Virus record (IMG/VR): IMGVR_UViG_3300021142_000034 | DNA length: 20,000 bases | DNA from: an uncultured virus (IMG/VR IMGVR_UViG_3300021142_000034) | Lineage: Duplodnaviria > Heunggongvirae > Uroviricota > Caudoviricetes | Direction: 5' to 3' (one strand) | Shown here: positions 15,471 to 20,000 of the stretch, in pieces | Numbering within the stretch: the first letter of the stretch is position 1 | Layout: every line of letters begins with the position of its first letter | Notes under the pieces: generated by a model | Seen by the model: only the letters and a program-made list of their open reading frames with translations | Databases searched by the model: none | Told to the model about the DNA's origin: nothing | Made by a program: the position numbers and the translations under genes

Positions 15471-16181
15471 TTAGTCGAAGTTACCGTATGGGTAAGTCGT
15501 TGCGTTACCAATGTTCATGTCGTTCTGGTTATAGCGAATAGTCACTTCAACTTGACCAGATGTCAAACCAGCAGCAGTCGTGGTCATTGCCAAAGTAACA
15601 ACCACTTGACCATACCAAGCTGGGTCTTGACCAACGTATGGGTTTTGGAAATCTTGCAGCGTAGCATTTGAGTTAGCCAACTGAGAACCAACAAAAGTAG
15701 CCGTGTATCGCTGTGCGGCTGGGCTGGAGATGTTGGCAAACGTAGCGTAAACACCAGTAGACGTTGCAAAGTTATTTGAAACGTATGGCTGAATTGCGCT
15801 CACAGCAACAGGAGTACCGGCGCTATCCTTTGGCACTGTACCAATATCAAAGATCACATCAGTGATGTTGCAGCTGTAAGGAATATAGAAAACTACGCCG
15901 CGATAAACCAAGTTGGTAGCGTCAGCAGTTGGAGCAGAAGCCTTTGTAGGACCGCTATTGCTGAATACGCCAGACTGAGGGGTCCAGATCGTTGCGTTGC
16001 TATTGGGGATGTTGTTTGAGGCAACAAACTGACCAGAGTTGCCACCATAGTTTGCACCAGGTGTAGTAACAGAAAAATCCAAAAGAGCCGTTTGAACGAG
16101 ATCGGTATAGCCAACATCGCGGTTAGGGCCGAAACGGTTTTGCCCAGACAGAATTGGGCCTGAAAAGGTGGAGCGTGCCAT
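15471..16181 (-). CDS. Putative head-associated virion protein (236 aa)
   Basis: SD AAGGA; N-terminus MARSTFSGP; beta-rich; first structural-looking gene after the capsid gene. Confidence 0.7.
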   Translation of the reverse strand: MARSTFSGPILSGQNRFGPNRDVGYTDLVQTALLDFSVTTPGANYGGNSGQFVASNNIPNSNATIWTPQSGVFSNSGPTKASAPTADATNLVYRGVVFYIPYSCNITDVIFDIGTVPKDSAGTPVAVSAIQPYVSNNFATSTGVYATFANISSPAAQRYTATFVGSQLANSNATLQDFQNPYVGQDPAWYGQVVVTLAMTTTAAGLTSGQVEVTIRYNQNDMNIGNATTYPYGNFD

Positions 16182-16270
16182 GACAGTAAGTCCTTATGCA
16201 AAAGATAACGTGCCGATTGTTGCATCATGACCGCTGGGGCGGCTGGTGGCACGCTTGAATTCCCCAGATG
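16172..16270 (-). ncRNA. Putative structured cis-regulatory 5' leader RNA (multi-pseudoknot)
   Basis: Four complementary pairs lie within about 75 nt before the SD, plus a 9-bp alternative pairing with the start-codon region (detailed in findings). Confidence 0.55.
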
Positions 16271-16274
16271 TCTC

Positions 16275-16302
16275 AATATACACCAAATACAAAATTAAGC
16301 AA
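16275..16302 (-). promoter_or_regulatory. Putative sigma70-type promoter
   Basis: -35 TTGCTT (16297-16302), 16-nt spacer, -10 TATATT (16275-16280). The start site would fall just before the structured leader. Confidence 0.45.
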
Positions 16303-16861
16303 GAATTTTGTTGGACTTTATTAAGTTTTCTTCCTGAGTAATCACCCTTAAATTCCAAGGTACATGAAGGCCGCAAACATCAGGCGAGATCAACGGAACG
16401 ATGTGGTCAACCACATACCTCTCGCCAGTAATCTTGGTCATCTTCTGCGCCTGCAAATATAGTCCTCGCATAGCTAACTTCTGTTCTGCCGTGATCCAAG
16501 CCGGAGTAGCGTCGCGGTGTCTACGCTTACGCACACTGGTTAGTGCTTTGTAATATTCTGGATTGTTTTCTTTGTGTTTTTTCTTGTAAACATTTTTTTC
16601 TTCAGCAGGTCTTGCACTTGCCCTAGCTTTTACAGCTTCTTTGTTTTTTTCATAGTACCTGCGAGCAGCTTCTTTGGCGGCTTCTGACTTGGGTTTTTCT
16701 TTGCGTTTGGCATTTCCAATTTTCCATTCGTCTTTCATGCATTCAACGCACAAGCCCTTTGTTTTGCGTAGTGCTATATGACCACGACTACACGCAAGCC
16801 CAGTGAAATAGTACTTACTGCCGGTTTTCTTTGCCTCTAACCTGCTACTTGGATAATCCAT
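16295..16861 (-). CDS. Free-standing HNH endonuclease with N-terminal Cys/His zinc-binding motif
   Basis: Start MDYP after AAGGAG; 188 aa. YFTG..C.RGH...C.EC, basic helical linker, then VDHIVPL....VCGLHVPWNL...EN..KSN. Confidence 0.88.
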   Translation of the reverse strand: MDYPSSRLEAKKTGSKYYFTGLACSRGHIALRKTKGLCVECMKDEWKIGNAKRKEKPKSEAAKEAARRYYEKNKEAVKARASARPAEEKNVYKKKHKENNPEYYKALTSVRKRRHRDATPAWITAEQKLAMRGLYLQAQKMTKITGERYVVDHIVPLISPDVCGLHVPWNLRVITQEENLIKSNKILA

Positions 16862-16899
16862 TATTGCTCCTTGCGTTACGATACAGGAAATCATAACAC

Positions 16900-16924
16900 A
16901 AATAAAAAGGGGCCGAAGCCCCTT
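16900..16924 (-). terminator. Rho-independent terminator after the major capsid gene
   Basis: mRNA AAGGGGC-UUCG-GCCCCUU followed by UUUAUUU. Confidence 0.85.
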
Positions 16925-16952
16925 AATGAAAATATTAATTTCTTTAATGAAA

Positions 16953-17855
16953 TCAATAAGTTCCGTAGATACCTAAAGGATCTGACCAGCCAAAAGAGTA
17001 GCGTTCGCGGCTCTTATAGCGTACATTCCCCGTGTCAAAGTCTCCGTCCATTGAATTTTGCAATGGGGTGCGTTCGAAGTGCTTCATGCCGTTAGGCACG
17101 TCGGTCAACAGGAACCAAGCATTAGGCGCGGTCAAGAAGTGGTTAATGGTGTAACCCTCTGGGATCGAACCATTGTTCTCGATAGCGTTAATGTCGTTGT
17201 TGTTAGTACCAACGCGCAACTTAGTTTCGAGCAAACGGGTTGCAACGAACTGCAGTGCTGGAGGAACAATCAACTTCTTGGGTTTAGCTGCAATCAGCAA
17301 GCCACGTTCATCGGTCCATGCGGCGATTTGAATCACAGCGTTTTCCAACGATGTTTCATTCAAGTCGGCAGGGGTAGATGGGCTGTTGCTGTTAGTGCCA
17401 CCGTTCACCAAGGGGTGAGCGCTGTTAAACAAAGAAACGCCGTCACCACCAACATAAGCAGAGTTAAAGCCGTTGTTCAAGACGGCAGCAGCTTTAACTT
17501 GTTTGGTGTAAGCCATAGCACGAGCCAAGCCTTTGGTGTAACGAGCAGACAGGCTGTCGTACAGGTTATCTTCAATCGCTTCTTCAGTGATTGAGAAACC
17601 CAAGGCGATGGTTTCGTGGTTATAACGAGTTGTCCATGCTTCTTGTGCATTGTCATAAGCGATGGCGGAGCCTTCGTTCTTAACAGGTGCAGCAGAGAAA
17701 CCAGACAGTTTCGTTTCTTCTTCAAAGCTACGCTCCGAGGTTTCGGTTTCGTAGATTTCTTTGTGCTCTTCGCCGTAGCGTGCATACTCCAAACCGAACA
17801 AAGCGTTCAGACCTGGCAGCAATTCTTTGAGCAGTTGTGCGCGTGAAATAGCCAT
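16953..17855 (-). CDS. Major capsid protein (HK97 fold, Mu gpT-like family)
   Basis: 300 aa; MAISRAQLLKELLPGLNALFG N-terminus; P..LIVPP.L motif; C-terminal RERYSFGWSD; strong SD AAGGAG; followed by a terminator. Confidence 0.9.
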   Translation of the reverse strand: MAISRAQLLKELLPGLNALFGLEYARYGEEHKEIYETETSERSFEEETKLSGFSAAPVKNEGSAIAYDNAQEAWTTRYNHETIALGFSITEEAIEDNLYDSLSARYTKGLARAMAYTKQVKAAAVLNNGFNSAYVGGDGVSLFNSAHPLVNGGTNSNSPSTPADLNETSLENAVIQIAAWTDERGLLIAAKPKKLIVPPALQFVATRLLETKLRVGTNNNDINAIENNGSIPEGYTINHFLTAPNAWFLLTDVPNGMKHFERTPLQNSMDGDFDTGNVRYKSRERYSFGWSDPLGIYGTY

Positions 17856-17868
17856 TTTAAATTACTCC

Positions 17869-18723
17869 TTAGACGGTGATACCGTTGTAATAGCCATGAG
17901 TTCCCTGATTGAACTTAACCAAAATCTCAGGATATTGGTTGAAAACAATCGTGGCCGATGCGGTGATAGCTGGGCTAGGTGCAACGTTCACAGTCAGTGA
18001 AGTAGAGCCAGCCGATGCTGCTGCAGCGATGAAGGAACCAGTAGCAATGTACTGACCGTTAGGAGCAATGCTGCCAATATCAGTACCAACTGGCAATGCT
18101 TGAGGAATAGCAGCGCAAGTGATAGTGGTAGAGGAGATGCTTGTGTAAGTGGTTGTACCCAAAGACACAACGGTATCAGGAACCAAACCGATAACACGCA
18201 ATGGGACGGCAGAAGTCGTCGTCAAAGATGTTGGGCTAGTTGCGCCGATTAACGAATCGCCAGTGTTGACGTTACCAGTACCAGCTGCCCAAGAGCGGTT
18301 GATACCAACGTTTTGACCAACCAAAGCCATAGAGCCAGAAGCAAGAGTACCGGCAGAGGCTAAAGCCACTACTTTGAACACTTGATCAGGATCATCAGCA
18401 ACAATTGCTTGAGCATCGCCAGCCAAAGTGTTTGCAGGCCAGTATTGGCTGAAACGCTTTTGTTTGGTCACTGGGTCTGTAAAAGTGCAGCCCAAGAAGA
18501 TGCCAACAATGTTTTGAGTTGGGGTTGCCAAAGTACCGTTGCTAGTGGTGATGGTAGACTGAACCACAAAACCAGTAGACAAAGCTACGATGTCGCCATA
18601 GTACAAGTTACTTCCGTAGTTGTACTGGATAGGTAAATAACGAGTGGAACCCGCAAATACCTGACCTCCGATCAGATTGACCGGCTTGAACCCGTAAGGG
18701 GCCGAGACAGTTGGATAAGCCAT
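17869..18723 (-). CDS. Putative capsid decoration/cement protein
   Basis: Immediately upstream of the capsid gene; APYG.KP, GD.V, GIFLGC and DDPD motifs; SD AGGAG. Confidence 0.6.
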   Translation of the reverse strand: MAYPTVSAPYGFKPVNLIGGQVFAGSTRYLPIQYNYGSNLYYGDIVALSTGFVVQSTITTSNGTLATPTQNIVGIFLGCTFTDPVTKQKRFSQYWPANTLAGDAQAIVADDPDQVFKVVALASAGTLASGSMALVGQNVGINRSWAAGTGNVNTGDSLIGATSPTSLTTTSAVPLRVIGLVPDTVVSLGTTTYTSISSTTITCAAIPQALPVGTDIGSIAPNGQYIATGSFIAAAASAGSTSLTVNVAPSPAITASATIVFNQYPEILVKFNQGTHGYYNGITV

Positions 18724-18739
18724 TTAGGACTCCTAAAAA

Positions 18740-19189
18740 TTAAGATTTGCCGAATGTAACCTCAGAGCGCCTGTCTTTAAACAGAGGCATACGAGGATCA
18801 CTATTGCGCATGAAACTATTATCAACCGACTCCATCTGAGCTGTGTTTTGCTTGGCGTAGTATTCTGCCGCCTGCTTCACAAACTCCTCTGGTATCCGGC
18901 ATAACAATAGTCCGCCGACTTCAATGCCACCTTTAAATCTTCCATCATCCACTTCATGCATCATCAACTCTGGATATTCCTCGGCTTTGCAAGGCTCATA
19001 ACCTTCGCGCAAGCGCATAGAAATATTCTTCGGATCTGCATTCCCTACCATGCTAATGCGGATATAGCGGTGCTCCCATCCTGGACGGGGATCCGGCATT
19101 GGCAGTTGCTCTGGCGGACGCCATGCATCTGGTCGCTGCATAACAGCACGGGTTTCAGTTTCACGAGGTTTACGATTCTGTTCTGACAT
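18740..19189 (-). CDS. Conserved phage head-region hypothetical protein
   Basis: W.PP..LP.P...PGW.HR.IR...REGYEP...GGLLLCRIP pattern; lies between scaffold and decoration genes. Confidence 0.75.
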   Translation of the reverse strand: MSEQNRKPRETETRAVMQRPDAWRPPEQLPMPDPRPGWEHRYIRISMVGNADPKNISMRLREGYEPCKAEEYPELMMHEVDDGRFKGGIEVGGLLLCRIPEEFVKQAAEYYAKQNTAQMESVDNSFMRNSDPRMPLFKDRRSEVTFGKS

Positions 19190-19191
19190 GA

Positions 19192-20000
19192 TTAGTTTCC
19201 TTTACGAGTTTTTTCAACTTGACGTGCATAGTCCTCTAATGAGACACCAAGACGCCTTGCAATGTTTGCTTGACTTGCAGTAAGTACGATCTTCTTGGTC
19301 GCTGTACTTCTACTTGCCGGTGCAACATTTGATCTCTTAGGTGGAGAAGAAGCTTCCTCCTCAGAGCTGCCTTCAAAACGATCAGGGAACCTATTACGCA
19401 TTTCGGAATCAATTCTTCGGTAGTACTCTGGGCTAGATGGATTAATTCGCTCATCTTGCGTCAGTTCCTCGTGAATAGCAAGCGCATAACTAGTCATACG
19501 CCGATCACTTCCGAACCAAGGATTCTCGCTTTTCCACGCCTCCGCCTTTCGGTCTAGCTGCGGTGGTTGCGTTGTTTGAGTTTGTACCTCAAATTTTTCT
19601 TCTTGTAAAGGAGGAGCTTTAAAATTATGTAAACGCTCAGCCTTTATAGTTACTGCGGTCAATTCACTTTGGGCTTCGGCTAGTGCCTCAGAATCGCCCA
19701 TTTCATATGCCGCTTTGTATTTGGATTTAGCCGTCTGCAGTTCATTCTCAACGACTTTTTTAGCCTGCTCTAATAAAGCTGTCTGTCCTTGACTCAATGA
19801 ACCTTTGAGCTTTTTGTTCTCTTCAACGACGTTTTGGGCAAGCTTTAAAGCTTCTTCACGTTCACGCAAAGCCGCTTCTTTGGCTCGGCGCTCATCGTGA
19901 TAACCCTTAGTAAAGTGCTTGATCCGCTTCTTTACTGAATCGTTGTAAGTCTCTAGCTCATCATCAGAGAACTCTTTTGGCGGCTCATCAGCAGGTTTAC
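19192..20000 (-). CDS. Capsid scaffolding-like protein, 5'-truncated at the window edge
   Basis: Frame is open to the edge (KPADEPPKEFSDDELETYNDSVKKRI...). Coiled coil, W...NPWFG and C-terminal LT.SQ..IARRLGVS.EDYA, upstream of head genes. Confidence 0.7.
   Translation of the reverse strand, partial: KPADEPPKEFSDDELETYNDSVKKRIKHFTKGYHDERRAKEAALREREEALKLAQNVVEENKKLKGSLSQGQTALLEQAKKVVENELQTAKSKYKAAYEMGDSEALAEAQSELTAVTIKAERLHNFKAPPLQEEKFEVQTQTTQPPQLDRKAEAWKSENPWFGSDRRMTSYALAIHEELTQDERINPSSPEYYRRIDSEMRNRFPDRFEGSSEEEASSPPKRSNVAPASRSTATKKIVLTASQANIARRLGVSLEDYARQVEKTRKGN

Noticed and set aside
16196..16267. HDV-like/theta ribozyme identity for the structured leader
   Set aside because: The helix order differs from the HDV fold: the P1 3' strand lies inside a hairpin loop and the last helix closes after P2. 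No adjacent tRNA is seen.
17058..17594. 178-aa plus-strand ORF, and other plus-strand ORFs throughout the window
   Set aside because: They are antisense shadows of well-supported minus-strand genes, with no SD or recognisable motifs.
1..20000. Stop-codon reassignment, tRNA genes, integrase or IS elements
   Set aside because: Genes are intact in the standard code, with TAA, TGA and TAG all used as stops. The spacers are too short or lack cloverleafs, and no recombinase or transposase motifs were seen.

Overview
This window is a late (virion morphogenesis and lysis) region of a tailed dsDNA bacteriophage. All credible genes are on the minus strand and tightly packed, many with stop/start overlaps. 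In transcription order (right to left): partial scaffold-like protein, conserved hypothetical, head decoration-like protein, major capsid protein, terminator, free-standing HNH gene, a promoter plus structured RNA leader, two putative virion proteins, a cluster of small basic Lys/His-rich proteins sharing a hydrophobic-x-x-Gly-Gly motif, two adaptor/neck-like proteins, two paralogous small tail proteins split by a second HNH gene, a Gly/Val repeat protein, a 1193-aa tail fibre with a C-terminal autocleaving chaperone, an extended lysis cassette (membrane proteins, lipoprotein, holin-like, Rz with embedded Rz1, GH19 endolysin) and the start of another tail protein. Spanins imply a Gram-negative host. 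The most notable observations are: a multi-pseudoknot RNA leader with an alternative pairing that covers the start codon (16172-16270); the Phi-x-x-GG basic protein cluster including a 39% His protein; an H-type pseudoknot before a small gene (3063-3091); a probable ATT start codon next to an HNH insertion; and an extra Cys-rich lipoprotein in the lysis cassette. Product calls come from motifs, synteny and recalled families; no database searches were run.
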